A stretch of 32,000 nucleotides of DNA from Candidatus Saccharimonadota bacterium (lineage in GTDB: Bacteria > Patescibacteriota > Microgenomatia > UBA1406 > GWC2-37-13). Location: the NCBI GenBank assembly GCA_016700135.1, contig CP065004.1, forward strand, positions 390,001 to 422,000, in the 5' to 3' direction. Below the pieces are notes generated by a model. The model was not told where the DNA came from, did no database searches, and saw only the letters and a list, made by a program, of their open reading frames with translations. Of the stretch, positions 9,260-16,245 are shown piece by piece; the first letter of the stretch is position 1; each line of letters opens with the position of its first letter. Position numbers and translations under genes: made by a program.

Positions 9260-9580
9260 TTACATTTCTAAAGCCTTCTTTGTTAATCGCTGTTTTAATT
9301 CCCTGTATTGATCAGGAGAAAGATTGTTTTCCTTTGCAAATTCATCAGCAGTCTTTTCTGCTATCTTCAAAGCCTCCTTTATGTAGATAAACGAATCTAA
9401 CAGGAAAAAGAGTGAGAAAAAAAATAGAAAGAGTATTCCTAATCCAAAAAAGCCTTCTTCCTCTATCGATCTCCAGAGCATATTAAAAAGGATATATCCC
9501 GTAGATCCACATATAACAATAGCTATACCTAGAAGTATTTTTCTCTTCATCCTCATAGAAAGCATTATATCAAAATCCAC
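9260..9580 (-). CDS. Small two-helix membrane protein, unknown function
   Basis: 106-aa ORF with two hydrophobic segments (ILLGIAIVICGSTGYILF, FGLGILFLFFFSLFFLL) and a charged helical tail. The start may be one of the internal Mets. First gene of the operon divergent from XRE. Confidence 0.45.
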   Translation of the reverse strand: MDFDIMLSMRMKRKILLGIAIVICGSTGYILFNMLWRSIEEEGFFGLGILFLFFFSLFFLLDSFIYIKEALKIAEKTADEFAKENNLSPDQYRELKQRLTKKALEM

Positions 9581-9627
9581 AATACTAGTGCATGATATTT
9601 CTATTGTGGTAGGAGTGTAATAGTAGC

Positions 9628-9885
9628 ATGAAGTTTAACCGCTCCATCTCTACAGAAGAAAGACGACAAGAGAAGCAAGAATTTGCCATAGCTTTTGGAC
9701 ATCATCTACGCAAAGTTAGAGAAAGTAAAGGGATCAGTCAAGAAAAACTTTCAATAGAAGCTGGATACTATCATACTTACGTAAATAAAATTGAAGCAGG
9801 GAAATACTCTCCTTCTCTTCATACCGTATGGCGACTTGCACATACTATGAAAATGACTGTTTCTGAGTTATTAAAAGGCTTCTAA
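9628..9885 (+). CDS. XRE-family helix-turn-helix transcriptional regulator
   Basis: LRKVRESKGISQEKLSIEAGYYHTYVNKIEAGKYSPSLHTVWRLAHTM is a canonical HTH_3/XRE fold signature. AGGAG lies 13 nt upstream. Confidence 0.8.
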   Translation: MKFNRSISTEERRQEKQEFAIAFGHHLRKVRESKGISQEKLSIEAGYYHTYVNKIEAGKYSPSLHTVWRLAHTMKMTVSELLKGF

Positions 9886-9895
9886 AGCATCAAGA

Positions 9896-10549
9896 ATGGC
9901 TTCTGATTTTGAACAATTACTACCTGAAGAGAAACTCATTGAAGCAAAAAAATATATTGTTTTTCGAATAAAGGAAGAACAAATCAAGCAAAAAACCAAG
10001 AACCCTAATGTAGCATTCAACCGCACAATTGGATCATCTGATCCCATTGACCCTTTTTGGCAAAATAGAGCCCTAGACGAACTTATTAAAGAAAGATATA
10101 TATCACTCAGTGAGACCCCTTGGCCTGTAGAGATACACTTAAAAGAAGATTCAGCAATAGGTTTTTTATATTATCAAATAACCGTTCTTGAGTCCTTTGA
10201 AACACTTTATAGATCTGTTATAAGGGATACTACATCTGGATCGGATAACATCATTTACGTTGATTTTGAGAAAAGAAAAATTGAATACAGCAATCAAACT
10301 CATACGTATTCCAGGGAGTCAAATGAAGTAAAGATTTTATTCCATTTATTAAAAGCTCCATCTCTTTGCGTTCCTTCAAAAGAACTATGCCAACTTCTGA
10401 ATGAGCCTCGGGCAGACGCAGAAGGAGCTTCAGAAAAAGATCGTTTGAGAGATATCATTAAGTCCATCCGCAATAAATTTGGTAAGGGACTAGTCGAAAC
10501 CTGCTCTGGTGGATATTTGATTTCTCTCCCAATAAAGGTTCAAGACTAA
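9896..10549 (+). CDS. Protein with a C-terminal OmpR/PhoB-type winged-helix (Trans_reg_C-like) domain
   Basis: The C-terminus SNEVKILFHLLKAPSLCVPSKELCQLL...RLRDIIKSIRNKFGKGLVETCSGGYLISL matches the LTxxExxLLxxL...LRxKL...GxGY pattern. The N-terminal 140 aa are unrecognised. Confidence 0.5.
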   Translation: MASDFEQLLPEEKLIEAKKYIVFRIKEEQIKQKTKNPNVAFNRTIGSSDPIDPFWQNRALDELIKERYISLSETPWPVEIHLKEDSAIGFLYYQITVLESFETLYRSVIRDTTSGSDNIIYVDFEKRKIEYSNQTHTYSRESNEVKILFHLLKAPSLCVPSKELCQLLNEPRADAEGASEKDRLRDIIKSIRNKFGKGLVETCSGGYLISLPIKVQD

Positions 10550-10562
10550 CTCTTTTCCCTAG

Positions 10563-10644
10563 TTATCCCTACATTATCCCCGAATACTTGCATAATTGCA
10601 TACTCTGATAGGCTTTCCTCTTCTCTACATTTTATTGTTATCCC
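10563..10644. repeat. Three copies of TTATCCC plus tandem TTGCATA repeats (iteron/operator-like)
   Basis: TTATCCC at 10563, 10574 (11-bp spacing) and 10638. TTGCATA-A-TTGCATA lies at about 10588-10602. All sit in the 102-bp spacer before the wHTH gene. Confidence 0.35.
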
Positions 10645-10651
10645 TGCTCCA

Positions 10652-11230
10652 TTGAATCAAAATCAAATCATAGTGATTGTTAAAAATTCACATAACAACA
10701 TGTATAAAAAATACTCGATCAACTACAAGGGGTATATAAGTCTCTTGAGAATTACTCAGATGTATCTGAAAGATCAAACGCTGACAATGACTGAATTTGC
10801 AGCTTACCTTATTCTTGTAATGAATGCTGATTTTGATAATAGGCATTCAACATATGGGCAAATACTGAGAACAGATAAGGAAATTGCTGTGGGCATTGGA
10901 TCAAACCAATCAACAATTTACAGACATAGAACAAGTCTCATTCGAAAGGGCCTACTGTTTCAAATAGAACGATACACCTATGTTAAATTCCTTGATCTAT
11001 ATACCAGCAGTAACATAGGCAAAATTGCAAAATTTGATTCTTCAAAGCTGAAAAACTATCTTGCAATAATACTAAGAACTAATGCAGTTTCGTATGAAGA
11101 GTTTACAAAACAAAACGCTGGAAAAAGCCATACTGATTCTAAATCTAATAATTCTTCTAATGAAGAATCTTCTATATATCAGCAAGTCTCTACGAATAAA
11201 GAAGATGAACTAGAAGATATCCCTTTTTAA
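10652..11230 (+). CDS. Winged-helix DNA-binding protein (replication-initiator or regulator-like)
   Basis: 192-aa ORF starting with TTG; the first ATG is at 10700. The HTH-like block is EIAVGIGSNQSTIYRHRTSLIRKGLL, and the C-tail is acidic and Ser/Asn-rich. Confidence 0.4.
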   Translation: MNQNQIIVIVKNSHNNMYKKYSINYKGYISLLRITQMYLKDQTLTMTEFAAYLILVMNADFDNRHSTYGQILRTDKEIAVGIGSNQSTIYRHRTSLIRKGLLFQIERYTYVKFLDLYTSSNIGKIAKFDSSKLKNYLAIILRTNAVSYEEFTKQNAGKSHTDSKSNNSSNEESSIYQQVSTNKEDELEDIPF

Positions 11231-11315
11231 TTCATATATGCATAAATAATATAAATTTGACGCAACAAATATTTTTTAAAAAAAATATCCAACATTAGTC
11301 ATATTATAAGATACA

Positions 11316-11507
11316 ATGATTTCAATAAGTGAATGTAGAAAAATATTAGGAAAGCTTTCAGATCAATTAAATGATGATGAGATTGAAACTTTGCGTAATC
11401 AACTATATTCGCTTACCAATCAATTAGTTGATAATCATTTTCAAATAACCCATGGCAGAGACTCTAGCAATCATTTATGCACGCGTTTCGACAGCAAGAC
11501 AAGTTAA
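11316..11507 (+). CDS. Small hypothetical protein upstream of and overlapping the integrase (possible directionality factor)
   Basis: 63-aa ORF with a helical-looking N-terminal 45 aa. The last 56 nt overlap the recombinase gene out of frame. Confidence 0.25.
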   Translation: MISISECRKILGKLSDQLNDDEIETLRNQLYSLTNQLVDNHFQITHGRDSSNHLCTRFDSKTS

Positions 11508-13047
11508 CGAAGGACATGGTTTAGATTCACAAGTAGAGAGATGTCTGCAGTATATAAAAAGCAAAGAATATAAAAAGGAAAGAATATTTAGAGAAGAAGG
11601 CATCTCTGGAGGATTATTTGATAGACCTCAGATGAAGGAACTCCTTCGGTATCTTGATCGGTTTCCTAATAAAGAATTCGTGATTGTTGTTGATGATATT
11701 AAACGAATAGCTAGAGAAACTTCTGTACACTTTCTAATTAAACAAGAGATCTATGGTAGAGGAAGCAGGCTAGAAAGCCCGAATTTCCGATTTGAAGAAA
11801 CACCGGAAGGAAGATACGTCGAGACGATTTTAGCTGCTACTGCTGAACTGGAAAGGAACCAGAATACTCGACAAGTAAATCAAAAGATGCGAGCACGGCT
11901 CGGAAGCGGTTACTACTGTTTTAAATCTCCTCCTTCAGGATACATTTATAAGCGAGACGTGATTCATGGAAAGATTATTCACCCTACACGGCCACTATCC
12001 TCAATCTATAAAGATGCTATTGAGGGATTTGCAAATGGATTGCTAAATACTCAACTTGAAGTCAAAAACTTTATAGAACAAGAATATAAAAGGAAAAATC
12101 ACAAAGATACCGTCACTCTAAATAAAGTCAAACGTATACTAACCACAATTTTCTACACTGGCTATATCGAGTATCCAAAATGGGACATCACACTCATTAA
12201 AGCTCATCATAAAGGAATAATTAGCCTTGAAACGTATAATAAAGTCCAAGAAAAACTTAGTAGAGGTATAAAAGCTCCAATTCGTAAAGACTACAACTAT
12301 GACTTCCCCTTAAGAGGATTTGTCTTGTGCAGTCACTGTAAACAGCCTATGACTGCTAGTTGGCATAAAGGGAGAGTAAAGAAATATGCACATTACTTTT
12401 GCAAGAACCCAAAGTGTTGGGTGAATAGAAATCAACTTCCACGAAACCTTACTAAGAATGTAGACAATAGAAAGATGCATAAACAGTTTGAGATGCTTCT
12501 ACAATTCATAAAACCTAGTCCAGAAGTGATGAGACTGGCAAAAGCAGTACTAGAAGACATCTGGAATAACAGAAGCACATTGGAGGCAAATCAGCAGCGG
12601 AAGAATAGCATTAAACTCATAGAGCTCACTGAACAGAAAGATAATTTAATCAAGCAAATGACAAAGACTACCAGCAATATATTAAAGAAAGAATATGAGT
12701 TTCAAATAGAGAATATTCTTACTGAGATCGAAAATCTTAAACAGCAAGCTATCAAAACATACTCAAGTGAAAACTTTGGAACCGCATGTAATATTGTTCT
12801 TTCTCGAATAGAAAATCCGCTACTGATGTGGCGAAGTGAGAATTATAAAGACAAACGACTACTCCTGGAGATGTTTTTCAAAGATAGAATTGCGTATGAT
12901 CTGGAAGAAGGATTTGGAACCGTTATTTTGGCTTGTCTCCCCAGGCTATTATGTGTTAAACCTGAGGAGCATTACCAGCTTGTGGAGATGCCGGGAGTCG
13001 AACCCGGGTCCGTAAAGGCATTTTTAAAAATGTTTTGCAGGAGATAG
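11452..13047 (+). CDS. Large serine recombinase (integrase)
   Basis: Catalytic motif LAIIYARVSTARQVNEGHGLDSQ, a resolvase-like N-domain, a recombinase domain, a zinc ribbon (CSHCKQPMTASW...HYFCKNPKC) and a coiled-coil region. The last 21 codons are antisense to tmRNA. Confidence 0.85.
   Translation: MAETLAIIYARVSTARQVNEGHGLDSQVERCLQYIKSKEYKKERIFREEGISGGLFDRPQMKELLRYLDRFPNKEFVIVVDDIKRIARETSVHFLIKQEIYGRGSRLESPNFRFEETPEGRYVETILAATAELERNQNTRQVNQKMRARLGSGYYCFKSPPSGYIYKRDVIHGKIIHPTRPLSSIYKDAIEGFANGLLNTQLEVKNFIEQEYKRKNHKDTVTLNKVKRILTTIFYTGYIEYPKWDITLIKAHHKGIISLETYNKVQEKLSRGIKAPIRKDYNYDFPLRGFVLCSHCKQPMTASWHKGRVKKYAHYFCKNPKCWVNRNQLPRNLTKNVDNRKMHKQFEMLLQFIKPSPEVMRLAKAVLEDIWNNRSTLEANQQRKNSIKLIELTEQKDNLIKQMTKTTSNILKKEYEFQIENILTEIENLKQQAIKTYSSENFGTACNIVLSRIENPLLMWRSENYKDKRLLLEMFFKDRIAYDLEEGFGTVILACLPRLLCVKPEEHYQLVEMPGVEPGSVKAFLKMFCRR
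12982..12986. other. attR crossover core GTGGA (island right junction)
   Basis: Island side: ...CATTACCAGCTT. Host side: GATGCCGGGAGTCGAACCC (the tmRNA T-arm, antisense). Confidence 0.55.
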
Positions 13048-13397
13048 CATATTTTTTCCTCAAGCCCGGTGCGGGAGATATGCAAACCACCGTCAGGCTG
13101 CCAATTTTTAACTTTTCGAGCCGCATCAAGATTGGTAACTTTCTGCGGCTGTACCCCGAAGGTTGTACCTCAATGAGCTATCGGAGGTCACTCAAAGAGA
13201 AAACTAAGAGTCTTTGTCGTTAGACAGTGGCAAATGCTCTTTGAGGAGCATTAAGTCCAAGCATGTCCATTGCAAGTGCTCGAAGTTCTGCAGTTGCGTC
13301 TTTGACGTTTGCAGTTATTGTTTTCCATTTGACGCATAGGTGCGCCCCTGCCATTTATAAAAGTGCGTATTCTTCACGTCGAGGCCTTGTCATCCCC
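12983..13397 (-). ncRNA. ssrA: tmRNA (transfer-messenger RNA), CCA not encoded in the present state
   Basis: The minus strand starts 5' GGGGATGACAAGGCCTCGACG and ends GGACCCGGGTTCGACTCCCGGCATCTCCA. The acceptor stem GGGGAUG/CAUCUCC includes the G3-U pair. The T-arm is CCGGG-TTCGACT-CCCGG. It abuts smpB. AATAACT-GCA-AAC resembles the E. coli resume-codon context. Confidence 0.85.
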
Positions 13398-13849
13398 TAC
13401 TTTTTTATATACTCTTTCATTTCCCGTTCCTGTTCTCTTTTTATATCTTCACTTCTTTCAAGTTTCTTCTTTGCTATTTCACCTTTCGCTCGTGCTAAAG
13501 CAATAGAAATCTTGATGTGACGTCCTTTAGTATAACATGCTATAGGTATAATAGTCAACCTGCCACCGGACTGTAGTTTCGTCTGAAGTTTAATAATTTC
13601 CTTCTTGTGAAGGAGGAGTTTACGGCGTCTGGTAGGCTCATAACCCTGAGGCACTGCAAACCGGTAAATCGGTATTTCGGCATTTGTAAGATATACTTCT
13701 CCGTTTTCTGAAATCTTTGCAAAAGCGTTTTCCAGCTTAATATTTCCCTGCTTTATGGATTTCACTTCCGCACCCACAAGAGAGATTCCCGCTTCATAGG
13801 TATCGACTGCTTCATACTCACGATGGAAATTCCTGTTGGTGACTTTCAT
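13397..13849 (-). CDS. smpB: SsrA-binding protein SmpB
   Basis: NRNFHREYEAVDTYEAGISLVGAEVKSIKQGNIKLENAFA is a typical SmpB signature. The start is set to the ATG at 13849, which is preceded by GAGGG; the track start at 13867 is GTG. The last base (G) of the TAG stop is G1 of tmRNA. Confidence 0.9.
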   Translation of the reverse strand: MKVTNRNFHREYEAVDTYEAGISLVGAEVKSIKQGNIKLENAFAKISENGEVYLTNAEIPIYRFAVPQGYEPTRRRKLLLHKKEIIKLQTKLQSGGRLTIIPIACYTKGRHIKISIALARAKGEIAKKKLERSEDIKREQEREMKEYIKK

Positions 13850-13888
13850 ATCCCTCGATTGTACCACGTTTGAGGGATAGAGACAGCC

Positions 13889-14764
13889 TTATTTTGCTCT
13901 CGGATGCCTGATCGGTGTGAAATTGTCATCTTTTCCTTCCAGATTGAGGACGTTGACAATCTCACTTCCTGTCGGAAGGACGTATTTTGTATTGTTTTTC
14001 AAAACTTCACCTGAGACCTGCAGTCTTTGCCAGATTTGTGCTTTCTCATCAAAGTGCGTGTTTGCGGCATCAGCCACAAGTTTTATCGCTTCGGCTTCGG
14101 CTTTTGCCCTGAGAAGTTTCGATTGTGCAGCTCCCTCCGCTTCCAGAATGTCAGCAGATTTTTGGCCTTCCGCCTGAAGGATATCACTTTGTCTCACACC
14201 TTCTGCCTGTAAAATAGCAGCCCGTTTTTCACGCTCGGCTTTCATCTGCAGACTCATCGCCTCTGTGATCTCAGGAGGCGGATCAATTTTCTGTACTTCG
14301 ACTCTCGTCACCTTCACTCCCCAGCCGTTTGTCGCTTCATCAAGGACAACACGAAGTGTTGTATTGATATGATCGCGCGCAGTGAGAGACTCATCAAGAG
14401 TCTTGTCACCGACGATGTTTCGGAGATTGGTCTGAGCAAGTGTTGTCGCGGCTGTCCCGAAGTCCTCGACTTCAAACTCAGCCTTCACTGGGTCGACGAT
14501 TTTGTAGTAAATGACAGCATCTACAATTACCGAAACGTTATCTTCCGTAATGACTTTTTGCGGTTCAACGTTGATAACCTTTTCACGCACATCTACTTTG
14601 ATCATCGATTCAATAAACGGCAAAACCAAATTCAAACCCGGGTCCGCCAGTGATTTATATTTCCCAAGGCGAAGAATAATCCCGCGTTCCTGCTGCTGGA
14701 CGATTTTGACCGAGGCAAAGAGGGTAATAACGGCAAAAATAAACAATATGACTAAAAACGGCAT
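13889..14764 (-). CDS. SPFH/Band-7 (stomatin/prohibitin-like) membrane protein
   Basis: An N-terminal TM helix, then VQQQERGIILRLGKYKSLADPGLNLVLPFIE and an Ala/Glu-rich coiled tail. It is paired with an upstream NfeD gene. Confidence 0.85.
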   Translation of the reverse strand: MPFLVILFIFAVITLFASVKIVQQQERGIILRLGKYKSLADPGLNLVLPFIESMIKVDVREKVINVEPQKVITEDNVSVIVDAVIYYKIVDPVKAEFEVEDFGTAATTLAQTNLRNIVGDKTLDESLTARDHINTTLRVVLDEATNGWGVKVTRVEVQKIDPPPEITEAMSLQMKAEREKRAAILQAEGVRQSDILQAEGQKSADILEAEGAAQSKLLRAKAEAEAIKLVADAANTHFDEKAQIWQRLQVSGEVLKNNTKYVLPTGSEIVNVLNLEGKDDNFTPIRHPRAK

Positions 14765-14785
14765 ATGATTATAAGTAATTAATAA

Positions 14786-15229
14786 TTATGTGAGCTTCTC
14801 AACCTTGACAGTAACACCGCTTACAGATCTGATGGTGACCGTATCTCCTTTTGAAAATTCCGAGTCAGCCTCAGCTCTCCAGACTTCTCCGTCAATTTTG
14901 ACTTGTCCCGGTTCATCAGGAGTGATATCTCCGACGACCCGTGCAGTCTTTCCGATGATTGATTCGACATTCGTTTTTTTTGTGGTGATATGAAGAGATT
15001 GCTGGATCAATCGTCGGGCAAAAAAGATGTATGCAAGTGTCAGGAGGACAACGGTTGTGAGTGCAAAAGGCATTGAATCAGTAAGCATTCCGACAATCCC
15101 TCCCAGTATAAAAACAACTCCGAGTACCAGAAGTTCGAAACCTGTTGCGGCACCGATTATGATCTCTATAATAATTGCAGCTATCCCGAGAATGATGAGG
15201 ACTGTAAACGGATCCATAGAAAAAGGCAT
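14786..15229 (-). CDS. NfeD-family membrane protein (partner of the SPFH protein)
   Basis: Hydrophobic N-half plus a C-terminal OB-like block GKTARVVGDITPDEPGQVKIDGEVWRAEADSEFSKGDTVTIRSVSG. The start is uncertain (GTG 15244, ATG 15229 or 15217). Confidence 0.75.
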   Translation of the reverse strand: MPFSMDPFTVLIILGIAAIIIEIIIGAATGFELLVLGVVFILGGIVGMLTDSMPFALTTVVLLTLAYIFFARRLIQQSLHITTKKTNVESIIGKTARVVGDITPDEPGQVKIDGEVWRAEADSEFSKGDTVTIRSVSGVTVKVEKLT

Positions 15230-15305
15230 AATCCTATTATACACCTGTTTACATAATTATTATCCGATATCGCGTCAGAACAGAATATCATGTATACTAC
15301 TCACT

Positions 15306-15911
15306 ATGATTCAACGTATCGTTGCCTTTGTTTTATTTCTTCTTTTTTCTCCTTTTTTTCTTGCCTGTGCGCTGGTGATCAAAGTTAATTCTTCAGGCCC
15401 GTTTCTTTTTACGCAGAAACGAATGGGGAAAAATCGCAAGGAATTTGTGATCTACAAAATGCGAACAATGCGGGAAAACGCTGAACAAATAAAAGAGAAC
15501 TATGCGAAACTGAACGAATCCACAGGACCGGTTTTTAAAATCCGGAATGATCCACGTTATACGGCAATCGGAAAGTTCCTTTCACACACAGGAATTGATG
15601 AACTTCCTCAACTTCTCAACATCATCAAGGGAGAAATGGCATTTGTCGGACCGCGACCACTCCCGGTGAGTGAGGCAAGAGTGATTCCAAAAAAATATCA
15701 TAAACGTTTCGAAGTCCTTCCCGGAATTACATCTCTGTGGGTTGTTAAAGGCACACATACGCTTTCATTTGAAGAATGGATGGAGCTTGATCTCTGGTAC
15801 GCCAATCATAAATCGTGGCTTGTCGACTTGAAGATCGCATTTCTGACCGTATTACTTCTATTGAAGCTTTTGATTCGGAATCTGAAAGCATATATAATGA
15901 GAAAAACATGA
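15306..15911 (+). CDS. Small monotopic phosphoglycosyl (bacterial sugar) transferase, PglC/WbaP-C-like
   Basis: GPFLFTQKRMGKNRKEFVIYKMRTM and DELPQLLNIIKGEMAFVGPRPLP motifs. The ORF-track start at 15027 is rejected because that extension is antisense to nfeD. Confidence 0.85.
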   Translation: MIQRIVAFVLFLLFSPFFLACALVIKVNSSGPFLFTQKRMGKNRKEFVIYKMRTMRENAEQIKENYAKLNESTGPVFKIRNDPRYTAIGKFLSHTGIDELPQLLNIIKGEMAFVGPRPLPVSEARVIPKKYHKRFEVLPGITSLWVVKGTHTLSFEEWMELDLWYANHKSWLVDLKIAFLTVLLLLKLLIRNLKAYIMRKT

Positions 15912-16060
15912 TAGCATCTATCCGACAGCTGCTGATTCTGCTGACAAAATCAAACAAAATCTGGATTATCCCTGTCATCCTTTCCCTTGTGATCATTGCA
16001 TTGATTGTGATTGCCGCTCAGACATCACCTGTCCCGATATTTTTATATCCGCTCATCTAA
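15908..16060 (+). CDS. DUF5989-like small membrane protein (carbamoyltransferase-associated)
   Basis: MIASIRQLLILLTKSNKIWIIPVILSLVIIALIVIAAQTSPVPIFLYPLI matches the remembered DUF5989 pattern (KKWWLxPIIL...APFIYTLF). It has an ATGA overlap with the upstream stop. Confidence 0.55.
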   Translation: MIASIRQLLILLTKSNKIWIIPVILSLVIIALIVIAAQTSPVPIFLYPLI

Positions 16061-16242
16061 TGCTGAAAAAACTAATCATCGCAATAAATATGAGTATTGT
16101 GACAATCATACTTGTGCCGTTCTACTTCCTCATAATCGGCGCTGCCTTCCTCATCCATATTGCCACGAGAAAGAAGAGGATATCAGATCAATCATTCTGG
16201 GAGCCGTTTCAGATTACGAGTGATTTTACCTCTCCGTACTAA
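16060..16242 (+). CDS. Small membrane protein, short SxtJ-like
   Basis: 60 aa. IVTIILVPFYFLIIGAAFLIHIATRKKRISDQSFWEP resembles the C-half of SxtJ-family proteins found beside carbamoyltransferases. TAATG overlap with the upstream gene. Confidence 0.4.
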   Translation: MLKKLIIAINMSIVTIILVPFYFLIIGAAFLIHIATRKKRISDQSFWEPFQITSDFTSPY

Positions 16243-16245
16243 TCT

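Larger units (their letters stand above)
1879..12986. mobile_element. Integrative island of about 11.1 kb in the 3' end of ssrA (serine-recombinase type, satellite-like or degraded prophage)
   Basis: The island is bounded by GTGGA cores. Joining the outer flanks rebuilds a perfect tmRNA 3' end ...GGCATCTCCACCA plus terminator. The integrase sits at the ssrA-proximal end. Spot counts on a few 60-nt lines give about 27-37% GC inside versus about 43-48% in the flanks. Confidence 0.7.

Noticed and set aside
11256-11315. A sigma70-type promoter upstream of the small ORF and integrase (TTGACG at about 11256)
   Set aside because: No acceptable -10 lies at 16-18 bp spacing, and the A/T-rich background makes hexamer matches uninformative.
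1860-13010. Long direct repeats of the tmRNA 3' end at both island borders (tyrosine-integrase style att sites)
   Set aside because: No such repeats are present. The identity is only GTGGA. The left border sequence ...GGAGACGGTGTCCACCA does not fold as a T-arm copy, which fits serine-recombinase chemistry.
12990-13012. A tRNA gene suggested by the GGGTTCGACTCCC T-arm
   Set aside because: The matching 5' acceptor strand lies 415 nt away, with GGCCTCGACG and an internal tag frame next to smpB. This is tmRNA, not tRNA.
13035-13520. Plus-strand ORFs 13035..13223 (62 aa) and 13263..13520 (85 aa)
   Set aside because: They lie antisense across the tmRNA gene and the smpB 3' end, have low-complexity sequences and match no motif. 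tmRNA explains this region.
13917-14768. Four plus-strand ORFs (61-94 aa) inside the SPFH gene
   Set aside because: They are antisense shadows of a strongly supported SPFH/Band-7 CDS, with no motifs.
15027-15305. N-terminal 93-codon extension of the sugar-transferase ORF
   Set aside because: It is antisense to the well-supported nfeD gene, and the conserved transferase domain begins right after the Met at 15306.
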